A stretch of 64,000 nucleotides of DNA from Somniosus microcephalus (lineage: Eukaryota), in contig CM126216.1 of assembly GCA_052327205.1 (NCBI GenBank), positions 89,280,001-89,344,000 of the forward strand. Direction: 5' to 3'. Below, one piece after another: positions 10,778 to 25,719 of the stretch. Made by a program: the position numbers and the translations under genes. Within the stretch, counting starts at the first letter, position 1. Every line of letters begins with the position of its first letter. The notes under the pieces are model-generated. The model was given only the letters and a program-made list of their open reading frames with translations, made no database searches and was not told the origin of the DNA.

Positions 10778-13700
10778 GAATAGTGAAGCTCCTGAACGTT
10801 TTCCATTAAAATCGCATTTTTAATTAAACAGCAACTTAGTGCCTTGCCTGGACGAATGTTGAACTTCGTTTATAAAACCGCATTATGTAAACAAGTATTA
10901 CTTCGTTCGGAGGGAAACTTCTATTTCTGATTAGCAAATACAACTCAGTCCGGAGTCATGGAACGCTATCATTTGCCATTTTTTAAATCTGTATGTGCGT
11001 GTGATTTCATGGACGAAGGTGCATCATTGGTATATAAACTACAGAGAACCCGAGAACATCAACGACTGTTACCTACTGGCGTATCATATCCCTCAGTGCC
11101 CATCCATGGGTTTGTGTAACTATAAGCAAATATAGTAACAAGACTATAGCAAATAAATGTAATGTGCTTTATCTATTTCTGTTCTGCTTTCTCCTCTTCT
11201 GTGCACTTTAAAAACATCTCTGCCGACAATAGCGGACACATCTGTTACCCGTACGCGAGGTGCAGGTCCCTGTCCTCTCTGAAGGCTGACATGAATCGGT
11301 GCGACGTGGTTCGCGCTGCCATTTGTTGCGCACATGCGAAATGGTGCGTGCCACCGCTGGGAAACCAGCCCCGTCTGACACCAAACATCTGCATTAAAGC
11401 CAGGGGGGCTCGACAGGGAAGAGCTCACAATTCCAAATGAAACTGTAAGAACAAAGAACGCGCCGTGGGCAGTTAATCCTCCCGATTATAAAATATAATT
11501 CAATCATGTCATCTAATGGGATTTTGTCTTGTGAAACATGAAGCCATTAAAAAAATCCGTGCATCTACTTAGAGTTATCGTTATAAACCAGGATTTTTAA
11601 AAATTCTCTCTTTAGTGCTCCGATCACAACGCATCTGGAGTGCCGAGGACAGTGCTAGCCACCGCAACACATAAACCATCCAGGCGCTCGAAATTGGGAA
11701 GCGAGCAATGAGATTGACCCGAGTGTTAGGGGATGAACTATGAAGAATAAAGTAGAGGCAGTGCAGAAAGGACCATGTAGAGGCATATAACGGGAGAGGG
11801 AAGGTCAACCCAGCACAGTATTTCTGGATATACTAGGCAGGAGGATAAACGGACACTCGTTCAAGGTCGTGAGGACATGTTAGCGCAGAAAATATTTATT
11901 TACACAGACGGTGCTCAACAGCTGAAGCAGGTTGGCGGTTGAGTCCAGGACACTGAAGTCACACACATATATAAAAAAACAGCTAAATGGTGTAATGGGA
12001 AAATGGTAGGATTGGTATTCTGATCAAATGGGTCAAATAATCTTTATCTCAATCTGTCTTGCAATCGATACATTACAATCGTTTTCTGGTTGGTACATGG
12101 TATGTTTCCAATGGTATGAAAGCTAATCCAAATTAAACTGTGATACGTCCCAGTAAGCGTCTGGGTACATTGCAGTTATACTGTCCCTCTGATGTGCCGA
12201 TTATTCTTTTGGCACTCTGAAAGCCGTTGCTTATTTGGTGAAGAACTGGACGCCGGCACTAGGGGGTAAGATTAAGGTGTGAAATTAAAGAAAAAGTTCA
12301 TCTTAGTTGTTGACATTTCTGGAAAGCGTTACAAAATGTACACAATTAAAACCTATTTGTCAATGTTTAAAATAACAATGTACAAAGCTATCCCCTTACC
12401 ACATTGTAATGCAAAGTGGAGTGTAACAACGAGAGAGAGAGCTCAGGAACAGGCTTTGCCCCCAACACCCGCCCCCCACCTCCCCAAAGAGAGAAAACTA
12501 CTGTCACATGCCGGATTTTGGTTCGGGCGCATCCTAAGTCACGACACAGGATGGGCAGCCAGTGTACTGCTCTACATCTGAAACCAGACAAATATACTGC
12601 AGCCTGGGTGCGACCGCTGGGGTTAAAACCAGTGCTGTGACTCCTCCCGCTATCATATGCTCAGCAGTCAGGTTCCTGATCCTGGCTTTATACTACCACA
12701 TTTGCATGAATACAAATTCTTTATGCACACACAAAAGTGACAGTGTAGGTTAGTTATACTGCAAACGTTTGCGTCAGGGCAACGCAGTTTGGGGCTAGCA
12801 CTGATGCAAAAGTGGGAGCATAACTCGTGCTGTTAGATCAGCAATCTGTCTCCCAAGTGCATTCAGGGTGCATTTACGGTGCGCAAAGCGAATGGAGAGT
12901 GAATTGCTCTCGAGTTTGCTGGTGTGGAGTTTACTGCCTCTTCCGAGCCCACTCTCGGTTCCTCTTTGCAAAGCTTAATCGACAACCACGGCGTCGTTAC
13001 AGTCCAGGGCTGTGCGGCAAAATGAAATGCCAACTTGGAACCCAAAGAGCTCCAGATTGCGCATGAACTGGGGAGAGGATCTGCAGTTGGGGCTTGAAAG
13101 CTCTGGCTGCTGGAGATTTCAAGTTCCCAATGCATTGGGGAGCCAACTGACTAGGACTCCATATTTAGGCTCCAATTTTCGCGTCAAAAGACACGCTAAC
13201 GTTATTGTAGCACACCCTTACGCCAGAGGTGTTGGTTCATCCGACAGGTAGTATCGCGCGCCACTTGCGGTTTGCACTATGACTCTGAACCAAGCCATAT
13301 TTCAGTGTGCCCAGGTGATTCACTGGACCGCGTGGGAACTCTGTAAACTCGTGTGAGAAGAGATTGGCTGCTTCTGTTTTAACTCTCTTACATGGAAAAA
13401 AATAGCCAACAGGGAGTGCAGATAAGCTGACTGAGGGCCAGTCAGCATTATAACTCGGGTCTGCCAGCAGCACAGTGCACGCCATAGGTATCAGTCTGAG
13501 ACCTTTAACTATAGTACAACAGCCAAGAAAGCCCTGCTTCTGTAAATAGGAATTAGACAGTGTCCCGGTATGTACATTAAAAAAATCACACCTGCAGAAT
13601 TTTAAACCTATGGAATAGAGGAAAGATGTTACTGAACAGGAAAGGCGTACCGTTTAGGTTATACAACACGGCTTAACTTGAAAGACCAGAACAGGACGCA

Positions 13701-16700
13701 AGAGAAATAAATGTGTGAAATAAAGAAAGTGCATTCACAGTAAAGTCAGTAAACCAGTACTTTTAATGCCTGATCTTCGATTTGAAGACGTTTTATATTG
13801 TGCAATAGTATATTTTAATATGATGTTTTACAGCTTGATTGGGTCCAGTGCGATCCATGTACAAATATTTGTACTTTCAAAAAACATAAATCGGAAGCGA
13901 AGTTTGAATCAGCTTTTAAAACATTTAGGGACTGAACTTCACATTCATCGTTTGTGAACGTTAGAATTCGACAGAGGCAATCGAGGATGAATTTCCACAA
14001 TTCTATTACAGTTAACCACAAAGTCCTTAGAACAAGTGCACTCATACCAAACTCGAGTCAAATCGAGATGGACGCAGCACCTCCAAAGTCCAATATAACT
14101 TTGCATCAAATTAAAGCGAGAGCCCAATACAACTGTACATCTCATTAAAACGCACTTCACTGCTAAGTGCAGTTTATCTCGACTATCACTTATACCACGC
14201 GTTCAATCAGATCCCAAGTGAGGATTTATAACCCGAATTCCCATTGGTAAAATAAAGGGGGGGGGGTAATATTTGGACTGGTGTATATTCTTAGTCGATT
14301 TTGAATTAAAAGGGATGAACACACGCTAAAAAATAGTATGGTAAATCCCAATCCACCCATAATCTTGCAGAATGTGAGCCATTGCACATTATAACCGGCA
14401 TGGTTACAGCGTTCATGCCGTTTTTGAAACAGACCGACAAATCCTTTTTTCTTTGTAAAATCCTCTGAACGTTTGCGTCTCTGAGAGTAGAGGTTGGGGA
14501 GAGGCTCCGCGCTGTACGTCCTTCCTGGTGTTGCGATGAGTGCCTTTCTTTGGGGAGATTGAGGACACATGGGGTAATGACGCATTTTCTTTTGGCATTT
14601 TCCGCTCCTTAAATCATAGGCTGAGCGGCGAGCGAGTTCCCGGCATCACTTTCACTTAAAAAAAAACGCTGATAAAACACACATTCACTCCTGCTCGCTT
14701 TGCCCAGGGATTCCTCCCGCACACAGCCTTTGCACAAAAAAAAAGGAATTTCTGAACTTCTGGCGAGCTGGTCAGCTGCGCCCTGCCGCGGAGATTTGGT
14801 TATTTGATGAGAATTACCGTACAGACTGAAAGGTAAGGCAGACCCCTTGTTCTGCAGATCATGAAGTCGGTCATTCTGCAAATAGTAGGGGCGGGTGGGT
14901 TGGGCTTCGCTCTTTTACGATCGGTTTTATCCTGTGCGTTTACCCTTTGAATTCAAAATCAAGCACGAATTTATACGATGACTCGGGCAGAAATTGCGTT
15001 GTAAACTGTAGGGCCTCACAGGCCAGGGTCAAGAATCTAGAACAAATCGTACGGTGTAAGCAACAAGAACACCCCACGATATACTGGACTTTTAAAACCG
15101 GAATCCCGCTGCATGAGACTGTATGTCCCAAGAGTTTAACACAGCCACTTCCTCGCTGTCAAGACAAGACGAGCGTTCGCAGGGCTCATGGAGATTTTGG
15201 ATAGTTTAACACATCCAAGGTATGACAAACCAACTGTGTGCAAGCCAGAAATTAGATGCAGAGTTATATTATAGAAATTATATATAGAAATTAAAGTACC
15301 CTTTCCTTCTTTTAGTTTGCGCCTTACGAGATGCTATTTTATCCTTTTGGAAATGACACCAGCAAAGGTTACAATCAGTTTATTTATTTCAATCTATGTA
15401 AGGAAACATTTTCAGAGGATGTTCACATCATTTCGTTTGCATATCATTATACTGATGTTTCGCAAAGAACGTGAAATATATAATCAGGGCAATAAGAGGC
15501 AATCGAATTATATAATGGTATATATCTGTACATACTTCAGGAAGTATAACTTTATTACATGGTTAAATGCACACACACCCATTGTAATCAGTATAAATTG
15601 TTGCATACTGCGTCTCCCCGCCGGTCTGTTTTGTGGTTCCATGATAAATATTCGTCTGTTTGGTGAAATATGGAATGTTAAATATGAATCGAATGAACTG
15701 GGACTTCGGACTGCTTGCAATGGGACTCCGAAAATCAGCACACAGCTTGCGTTAAAACATATGTCCCTTGCAATGACACTCTAGAAAGGGTGACCTTCCT
15801 TCATTGGATAATGATATAAAATAATGAACTGCTGCAAAAACATCTGGAAAAAAAGGACAGGCTCTCAAAGGGCTTGCACATGCTCAAGGTTTCCGAGCAA
15901 TCTCTGTTGCAGATTCATCGTCCAAACTAGTTAGGAAACAGTTTAGCAGGAAATGACGTTACTTGGTAAACAACAGAAATTTATTCAGACAATAAAACAT
16001 CTTCCCAAGGTCTTGCCAAGCAGGGAAAAGCCAATTCTTCCCACCCACTCTGTGTGCCCGACTTTCCCTTATAATGCAAGTATATCAGACATCACAAGTT
16101 GGAAAAAGTTGTACCTATGGTTTAAACTTCAACATTTCACAACAAAACGCAGATTTCATAATATATGAATGCATTATAATTAATACGGAATGAAAGGCAG
16201 GCGATAGGAATAAATGAAAATTAACTGGTAGTGTTCAACTGGCTGAGTTATGCAATTTCTCTATTATCGGTCAAGTCCACGGTAGACAAGAGACGCGAGG
16301 ACCGGTAACTAGTGGTATCTTCACTGGAACCAAGACAAACACGTTCTGTAATTTGTACGAAATAACTACAACATGTATTAATTTGGGTGGGATGGGATAC
16401 AATGTACAATTTATACCATACATTGACAGACGTGCTAGAAAGAGAATAGACTAGAAATTTTATATTTATCATAAAATAATCCAAGTTTATCAGACGTCAA
16501 GGTGCATTATTTTCCAACAGGTTACAGGTCCATGCACTGTTCCTCTGGAAACACAAGGCCCACACTAGGTTAGTAATCGATGTGCAGAGGAAGACAAAAG
16601 ATGGGATCTTGCTTTCTGCGTTTGTGCACTGAAGACCGAGCCGGCTGTTAACGACTGTAATAATACTTATATAAAGGGACGTTTCAGATAGTGCATGATT

Positions 16701-16777
16701 ATTATAGCGCAGGAATGTGCAGTGAGGTGAAGATTTGAACCATTTATGTAATAGCACAAAACAGCCTACAAGTTATG

Positions 16778-16819
16778 CTGCCTGACCTGCCGAGTATTTC
16801 CAACATCTTCTGTTTTTAT
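16778..16819 (+). mobile_element. 42-bp micro-insertion of the same Penelope-like family
   Basis: ctgcctgacctgccgagtatttccaacatcttctgtttttat, flanked by the 11-bp direct repeat TACAAGTTATG (16767-16777, 16820-16830). Confidence 0.7.
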
Positions 16820-18427
16820 TACAAGTTATGGGCTATATCGTATTCCCGCTGCAATTATACTCCCCCCCCCCCCCCAACATTTATGCAGACATTGTTTACA
16901 TATAGGCATTGCTTTAACCGAAACAAGTTAATAGTCTCACCAAGCTATGATTAGAACGCTCTAACGTTCCCATTTGCTGGGCTTTAAACTACCCACCCAA
17001 ACACAGACGCAGAATTGTGCACAAGCCATCATTGTGGGTCAGGTAGAAATGTCCAATCATTGCTTGAAGTTCGCCTCTCCTCCGGCTCGTTTTATATGAA
17101 GTAGCTTTGTCTGCAAGGAGATGCGTTAATTTTTTTGTTGGTGGGGGGTGGAAAGAGGTGAAATTGATTGGTGCATAAGTGAACTCCGTTTTCATATCTA
17201 CTGGAGAGAGTGATGGGAAATTTCCATGGAAAGGTTAGCAAGTTAAAAGTGAAATATTTGAGGGAAATATTCAGCAACAACATCCCCTTCCCAAGAACTA
17301 GCTTACCCGGAAGGCGTTCAATTTATCTGCAGGGTCTTGACTGGGGCTTGTTTGTATGGGCCCCGTGCTTTTCACACACCAGAGTCGCGGAATAGCGAAT
17401 AAGGTGGAAAGCCAATACACACACACACAGTACAGATGTACCCAGATAGTGACCGTCTTAATCTCAGTCTTGCTTTCATTCATCTGTGTCACCGAACAAT
17501 TTTAGACTTGCCCACCGATCTACATAGAATATACATCCGCGTATAGGTTTCCTTAATGAAACCGGTTTTAAGACAGACGGTGCATTAGTCCAATCCTCCA
17601 CAGACGCCGGCTCAGCCATGGGAGTTTGAAAGCTGTTTTCACTTTCAAGTTTACATTAGCCAATAACATTGCGTAGAGTTATAAATCTAAATTTATCTAC
17701 GTGGAAATAAATGTAAGAAAAACTATGGGAAGATGGTGATAAGCACTCAATCAGTACTTTTCGATAAATATTTTTAAAAGTATAAACTATGTGGGACACG
17801 GATACACTAGTCCCTTTGCATACAGGAACATACTCGAATTTAGGCAACAAAAGTCTTTATTGCTCTAATTCCAGACCATTAGTGAACACAGACTCAGATG
17901 GTGGTACACAAGAGCAGCCAAGTAAACGCTTTGCGTTATCCAGTCATTCCTGTGCACCAAGTAGAGCAGCATGTGCGGATATAGGAGCAGTAAAGATTGA
18001 CTTTAAATGGACATTCCCACTGAGAGCAATCGCCATGTAGTATGTAACTACCAGTACTACACAGAACAGGCGCCATTTTTATTGACAACATCCAAAGGAA
18101 GATTTGTAGAGAAGGGCAAAAATAGGAAAAGCGATATTGGGAAGGCGCGAATCTTTGGAAAGCTTGAAGTGGTAATCGCCTTTTAATTTTTTGTGCAGTA
18201 TTTTCTCACGAGGTCCCAATTTTTTAATGTATTGGAATTTATGGTACTTTTAATCGTTAATGGTACTTTCCTGAATATTGGAAATTGGCCGTTTTAATTG
18301 TGCCCAGCAATATTCGTTTTAGGAAGGAATGGAATCCAATACTTGAAAGGGTTAAGAGATGAAACGATTATTAAGCACAGTATTTTACTCAAGTATTCCC
18401 GTTAATTCGACTCTTGTTTGTGTTCAG

Positions 18428-18726
18428 CTAAAGACAGCCCGCTGGGAGAGTCGGAGTTGCCCCAGAGCTCAGACCCTGCCGTGATGGAGAGTCCCTACCT
18501 CAGCGTTAAAGAGGCGGCAATGAAAGGAGCCAACACCGAGCTGTCCAGTGCCATGGACAAAGGCGAGAGCGACAGCAACAAGGGCAAGAAGCGCAGGAAC
18601 AGGACCACCTTCACCAGTTACCAGCTGGAGGAACTGGAAAAGGTTTTTCAAAAGACTCATTATCCTGACGTTTATGCCAGGGAACAGCTCGCACTGAGAA
18701 CTGACCTGACAGAAGCTCGTGTGCAG
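18428..18726 (+). CDS. ALX4: ALX4 (aristaless-like homeobox 4) coding exon 2, N-terminal part of the paired-type homeodomain
   Basis: Acceptor ttgtgttcAG ends at 18427 and donor CAG|GTAAAG starts at 18727. Translates as [12 protein letters not shown]...YLSVKEA...[51 protein letters not shown], matching vertebrate ALX4 exon 2. Confidence 0.97.
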
Positions 18727-21700
18727 GTAAAGAGTGAGCGGGGATATCTCACCAGTTAATGAATGGAGAACGGAAAGTGGGGTTTGTCGATAGCATAAGG
18801 AAACACAGTACCAGTTATTTGAGCGGGGATCCGTTACAAAAAACGTTAGCATAATGAAGAGCCAGTCCTAGGAGAATCTTCGGTTCCATTCATGTATTCC
18901 CCGAGTAAACATTGAAACATCACTATTAATCAATCACTCTCCACATCGGCATTAACAAATCCGGACTGGATAAATTACCTACGTTTACTCTACATGATTC
19001 CCCTGCAATTACAGTTAATGTTTATATAATTCAACCGAAGTCGTAAACAATTTTAAATTGATAATTGTGCAGAATCCGTGAAGTATAACCAACATGCGGC
19101 TCAAGGATTAACTATGGCGTTATTTATGGGATGGGCGTCGTTCTTGCAGTGTTCCCCCCCCCCCCCCCCCCATACAAAAATGCTGCTTTGCTATTGAGGA
19201 GAGGTCACTGTGCGTACAAGAGGCAGACTGCAGAGTTAACAGTTTTTGCCCGGGTCTTGACTCTTACTGTTTTTGAAGCAGCCTCTCTAATTGAATTGTG
19301 TCACAGTTACAAACTTACCGGTGTCAGTTTTTGGAAAGTTAAAAATGCAACTTATAGTATGTTTTAAAAGTGATGCAGCGCCTGCTTTAAAAAAAACACC
19401 GAAGTACAATATTCATTCCTTATAGGGATGTTTAAAAACTTCAAATGCGAGACACACATTATTGCAATGTGCTTTACGAGCATGAACTGTCCAGGAAGAT
19501 CAGTCTGACTGATAAGGATAGGACATTACTCGGGAGAGTTAAGACGCATTGGAGTAACTTGTATGAACTGTGGTAGTAAGGTTGAGCGCCAATGTTTTAA
19601 CATTCATAGGAAGTCAATTTCTTCCCGTTTGATAAAGCGCATTATAAATATTCATGATGTGAGCGTGCTGACATGCTCCAGAAGTCATACTGCATTGGAC
19701 AAGGACAGGATCAGCATCAGTATCAGTTGAAACCAATAGAAATAGCATGGGGGGGGGGGGGGGGATGGTCCGCAGAAGCTTCATTTTGTAACATACAAGT
19801 GAATCCCGGCAGCGATAATTAAGAAACTGCTTAATTACGATTTTGCTTTACTAAATCTCAAATCAACCTGGAACAAACAGTAACGCTCTATATCTAAAAA
19901 AAAAACCCAGAAAGACGGGAAATTATCTCAGAATCTTTATTACGGTTGCACATATATTAATTTTCCTATTGGCAATTCTATACGAAATTAATTCAGATAA
20001 AATCCGATCCACAGCCGAAGGTTCTCCCTCTCTCACAGACCTTGCAACGATAAGCATCTTTACTGTACATTCGCTCTACCAGGTTTTAGACCCACTTTCT
20101 TTTAAGTCGCATAAAATACTTTTGAAAGCAAACAAAAAGTCCCCTTTCTGCAGACACCAGTTGGTCCAAACAGTCGGACTCTGTGCTGATGTGTTTGGGC
20201 AAATTGTAATAATGCAGCTTGCGAAGGCCTATATATAGAACTCCATCAAAACGGGGGAATTAAGGGCAGTCAGGGCAGGAAATTAAACATGCAATGAAAA
20301 CATACTGCAGCTTTAGGACTTTCCCATCAAGTACTCGTATTTCCGATCTTTTTGGAGATAAAAAGTATCTGCTTTCAGCCTCGAGTTTCATGGCTTCACC
20401 TTTTGGATTACCCCCCGCCCCCCGTAAAAATCTAACCTTTCACGATTTCTAAATCAAACCAACAAAGGAGATCTTTTTAGAGCAGTTTATGTCACCGTGT
20501 TTTTTTTTAAGCGTAAAAATGAGCAGGGGTTGAGGTCTCAAGCTTTCGGATCTCCATCCCAAACACTGCGAGGCAATCAGAGCACTAATCAAACTCAAAG
20601 GGCTGTGCTGATTATCTGCTGGAAAATACAGTCACTGAATGTAACCGTAATGCACCAAGTGTGCAGCGCAGAGTTGGAGGAAGTTAACGACCGCCCGCAA
20701 ATCGGTGAACTGAGACGGTAACACAATCTCTCCTGCATCATCTTATCATATGAAAAGATAAACAATGAGCTGGCCTTAAATCACCGCCAACATTAGAGAT
20801 TATTTTTAAAGCTCTAGAAACACATGAAAGCTTTTTCTTGTTTTGCTTTTCGAACGGTGGGAGGGGAGGGGGGGGGCAGTGCTGGGATTATAAACTGAAA
20901 AAGCTGCAAGGGCAGGGAAAGTTCTGGGTTTTAATAGTTCAGATAACGTTAATGGAACCGAGAGTGTCCAGCGTGGCATCGATTCGAAAGTGCACAAGGG
21001 TTTTTAAAACTCGCGACTGCACATTATTAAAGTTGCAAATGTTGATGGTTAACAGCGCATTAGCCCAAGTTGTAACTTTCCTCAGATCCCACCCACCCCC
21101 CCAGTATTACTACAACCGTTTACTTACTGGAGGCTGGACTATTCAGTCAGAAAATAGAAACAGGTTTCGAGCTGTTGATTCCCATGCGATAAATGTTGAC
21201 AAGTAGGACAGAGCTCCAACTGCATCTACAGCGCTAGTGTATCTTTATACGTTTCAGGTTTACGTCGCACTCAAGTCGACATTTGTCAAGCCAGTGATTG
21301 CTAGTAAGCAAAACTGCAAGATTCCTTTAAACTTCCATTTGTCTTGATTCTGCTTGTAAATGAGTCGTTTCCCCAGTGTTTTGCGCGCGGCGATAAATTG
21401 GATTACCGGCGTTATCTTGCCATCTCCAGTTCTGCTTCATATTAAGCCGGCCGAAGATGAAGTGATAGTTAAAGTAAACGGATATTATAGTCATCTCGCA
21501 GTGAAAAGGTTTCGACAGCGACAGGCTTTAGAGTCACATCAAAGGCAACATTTTTCTTGTTAAGAGCGAGACAACGTTAACACGCCATTAGGAAGTTAAT
21601 AATCTGCAAACGGCAGTGAATGGATACCCAGCTCGAATCAACCATTGAATAGCGTTCATTTATTTCTTCATTCTGTGAAGCGCATTGGGAGTTTTTCTAC

Positions 21701-22274
21701 AGCTACAGCAGTGCAAGTTGTCGTTGATTAAAAACTGTTTTAACTGATGGGACTGTTCAACGTTTCGAAGTGGCAATTTCAGCCTTCTACGAAATGAAAC
21801 CGTTACAAATTATTTCCAGATTTATTTTAAAATTGGCTATTTGAAAAGCATTTCGGAGTAGCGGGATCAGTAATTTGCATTATTCAATTTATAATATATA
21901 GAAAATCGTCAGCCGATACAACAGGCCTTTGAAATATAATAAAAATATAATTTTGAAACTGGAGCCTGTTATGTATACAGATTCAGCTGTGGCAACTCTG
22001 GGCAATTGGGTTAAGACCCATAAATCAAGACTTTAACCTATCGTTTTAGTAGATTTTCTGCTTGTCGCATTACTGTGATAAAGAACAGCCTATACTTCAA
22101 AGCAAAGTTATTGAAAATTCATGTCTAAAAAAAAATTCTGCCGGAGATTTCTCAGGTCAAATCTGTAATCTGAGCAAAGCATAGTCTTGGGATTGATGTG
22201 TTCGCGATCTCCCACTTGTACATATCCTGTAGAAAATGGAAGTAATTTACATGCGTTTGTTCTATTGGCCTTAG

Positions 22275-22526
<252 letters not shown>

Positions 22527-23196
22527 TGAATTAGGGGAACTGCCAATTAACTCCAGATTTTATAATGTACCTCAATTCTGTGAAATGCTGCAGCATTACC
22601 ATAGTCCTTGGGCTTATTGCATTTGACTCTGCGCTGGTTTCAAAGTTAAATAACATTGCAGCTGATATAATAACGCTAAGTATTGAATTTCCTTTCCAAC
22701 CAGCAGCACGCCAACATTCGTCATCCGCACAGGATGGAATTTGCAAAGCCGAAGCTTCTTCACAGAGTTGGGGGAAGCGAGTTACCATAAATATATTAAA
22801 ATCAGTTTAGTTTGAATTTTGCACTCGAAAGAGAGAGCGAGATGTTTGTGCTGGGGAAATGATAATTCTATTTCTGACAGTCTGTCAGCATCAAGCAATC
22901 CTTCGTCAGGAGTAGCATTGGTCAGATGTAGAATAAAACCCGGTCTACTCTGCACCAACAATTGGCATAAACTCCAACTTTAGTATTGCAGGGGCACTGT
23001 GGTTACCATTTTCTTAACCACTCAGCCCTTTGGGCTATCGTCTATAGAGACGTGACAATCAAGGTGGTTTTATACTGGCCCTCCTAGAGTTTGGATCACA
23101 TGAGATCACTATGTAGAGGATCCCTGCGTTCACATTCTAAAACATATTCTCCCTGCGTTTACATTCCAAAATCAGTTCTGATGCTAAAATAGCAGA

Positions 23197-23437
23197 CCTA
23201 CATTTTCATGGATTTACAATTCTGCCACCAGAATAATGGAGTTAGTTTTAGCACTGTATGGGGGCAAAACCGGCGATAGCACATTGGTAGCCAATTTTAC
23301 ACTCTGCCCTATTTTCTTTACCATAATTGAGTGGAGTGTAAAACGGGCGGTCACTGTCCAAGATGAATTTCACCTCCTACTGCAAAAACTGGCTCCATTA
23401 TTCTGATGCCAAAATTGTAAACCCATGAAAATGTGGG
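23197..23437. repeat. About 240-bp palindromic (hairpin) MITE-like element
   Basis: About 60-bp arms, cctacattttcatggatttacaattctgccaccagaataatggag.. and ..ctccattattctgatgccaaaattgtaaacccatgaaaatgtggg, are near reverse complements. There is also an inner IR ttttacactc / gagtgtaaaa. Confidence 0.75.
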
Positions 23438-24632
23438 AAGCCAGTGCATGGACATCACTATTTCAGGTGAACTACAGAAGTGCCAAATGTAAAAACACCC
23501 TAATACTGCAGTTATACTTCAAATACTGTTTGACACAACTGTTTTAGAGTGGGGAGAAGGGGAAGCACAAAAGTAATGCTGCCTTGTTCTACCACTCAAA
23601 ATTCAGGGAAAGTAGAACTTTGGCACTGTAACCTAGTAGAGGGATGTACAGGGCTGGAAAATACTCTGCAATTCATCTGGCAGGCCTCAAAAACTATACT
23701 GCTCAGTCACCCACCCTCAAACATTGATTCCCTGTTCTTTAATTTTTTTCCACATTATCTGCGCAAAGAGTTATGGAGGTAGATATTCACTGCTCTTCTC
23801 TGAGTAGTTAAATTAAAAATATTTGGGCACCTCCTTCCTTCTAAGCTCCAGCCTGGAACCCCCGCCCCCCACCTTCTAGAGCTTGTGGTAATCTCCAGCA
23901 TTGTATTAGGGTTCAAGTTATCCATTCCCCCAAGGATGTTGAATGCTTGACGGCCTCCCCGAGCCTTCTCTTCGCCAAAGTAAACAACAACAGACTCTTC
24001 AATCCCACCCCCACCTCATAACTGAGATGCTTTAAGCCTGGTAGTTAAATGCATGTGTCTGGGCACCAGCATTGAACTGCCAGTGAAATTCTTAAGATTA
24101 GAAAAGAGCCGAGAGGGCTTTAATAGTTAAAAAAAATTGCTCCACACAGGTTGTGGTTATTCAGATACTAATGTGAAGCTGAAGTAATGTAATCCAGGTG
24201 GTCCCACACCCAATGCTGACTGGAACATGCTGGGCTGCAGCTTTGGTGCGTTTTTACCCAAACTGCAGTATGAAAGTCAAATGTATGGCAGCAGCTGGGA
24301 GTTACACAGCGGAAGCCAGAATTTATTTAGAGAGTGTAATGCAGTCTTCAGAATTTAAGGGTCTAAACTAAAATGTCATTAAAGCATGCCACATTGAGGA
24401 CATCACGCTAACCTCAAATGTAAATAGAGTGGAGAAATGGCTTCAAAATCTGACTCCATGATCTTGGCAGTGCCAGTATAAATCAGGACCCCATGCCTCT
24501 TTACAAGTTAAAAGAAAAACTGCTCCCAGTTCTCTTTGTGCAATATATCTGTACCCCTAAACCTCAGTTCTTGTGTCTCTGCAAAGGTGTTTCTGATGCA
24601 ATGTCATACAGGAAATCTTGTTATAGTATAAA

Positions 24633-24932
24633 GACTTGCATTTATATATGCCTTTCACAACCAGAGGACATCCCAAAGCACTTTACAGCCAATGAAGTAC
24701 TTTATTTTTTGAAGTGTAGCCACTGTTGTAATGTAGGAAACGTGGCAGCCAGTTTGCACACAGCAAGCTCCCACAAACAGCAATGTGCAACAACCAGATA
24801 ATCTGTTTTAGTGATGTTGATTGAGGGATAAATAAATATTGGCCATGACACAGGGAGAACTCCCCTGCTCTTCTTCGAAATAATGCCATGGGATCTTTTA
24901 TATCCACCTGAGAGAGCAGACGAGGCCTCGGT
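24633..24932 (-). mobile_element. DeuSINE-type SINE (Deu domain plus L2-type tail), 5'-truncated
   Basis: Contains gccatgggatctttta.atccacctgagagagcagacg.ggcctcgg (Deu-domain-like) and the reverse of an L2 tail (acttgcatttatat...catcccaaagcactttac). More decayed pieces of the same family lie at about 37540-37626, 44370-44460 and 62177-62350. Confidence 0.7.
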
Positions 24933-25719
24933 CTCGTGGTGTCAAGTTGTGGCCAGTGTTGTGTTGGGAGACCTGGCCATTAGGAGACGGGTTCATATTT
25001 CCCAACTGATGTGAAAAGAGCATTTTTTTAAAATGGTAGGACATTGATTGACAAACCCAGGCAGTGAAAGTGTTAAATATAGACTATGATTCGCAACAAT
25101 TAACATGTATTGTCAAAATTTCAGTTGCTAGCCTCCATTTTAATTGAGTTATAAAATAAATGATATTGCATGCAGTCGGAGTAGATTTATTTGCACAAAC
25201 AAATAAACAATCATGAATGTGGAAAATCCAGATTGACATTTATCGCAAGACATCTGACTCCTAGGATAATATTTTTCAGAAACTTACAGCAATGTTACAA
25301 ATTTATGAATCAGTAACATAATTGGTAATAAAAACAGCAGAAACAAATTTATTTTGAATGACCTTTGTTCAGTACATTATAACCTAAAGTGTGCATTTAC
25401 ACTGTAGCTACCAGTCTTGGATCAATAGCTGCAGTTCAAGTTCCAGTCAGAACCTTGCTTGGCTCATGCCTTGCTGGAACTCCCATTTAGGAGAACACAC
25501 AAATCTCCAAAAAGGTCAGCAATTTAAATGTCAAGAGTAAATGCTCTGTAAACATTTAAATTAGGATCAGATAGGTTTCCAAAAGTACGCGCGAGGCCCA
25601 AAACACCCCAAGCACTTTGCCAAGCTGGATTGACGTTGCACTGGATTAATGGTGGATTGACACTTGTCAAGTTTAGTATTGGTGCAAAGATCAAATTGCT
25701 TGAATTGATGCTAAACTGA

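Noticed and set aside
15317-15784. 155-aa ORF in ALX4 intron 1
   Set aside because: TTG start, AT-rich composition and no recognisable motif. Consistent with a chance ORF.
1-18427. ALX4 exon 1 (MNAETCVSYC...-like) within the window
   Set aside because: No ORF or visible segment resembles the ALX4 N-terminus. Exon 1 is presumably upstream, implying an intron 1 longer than 18 kb.
18469-18852. Antisense ORFs over ALX4 exons and CR1 ORFs (also 33211-33567, 50115-50633, 57351-57827)
   Set aside because: Shadow frames of real coding sequence on the opposite strand.
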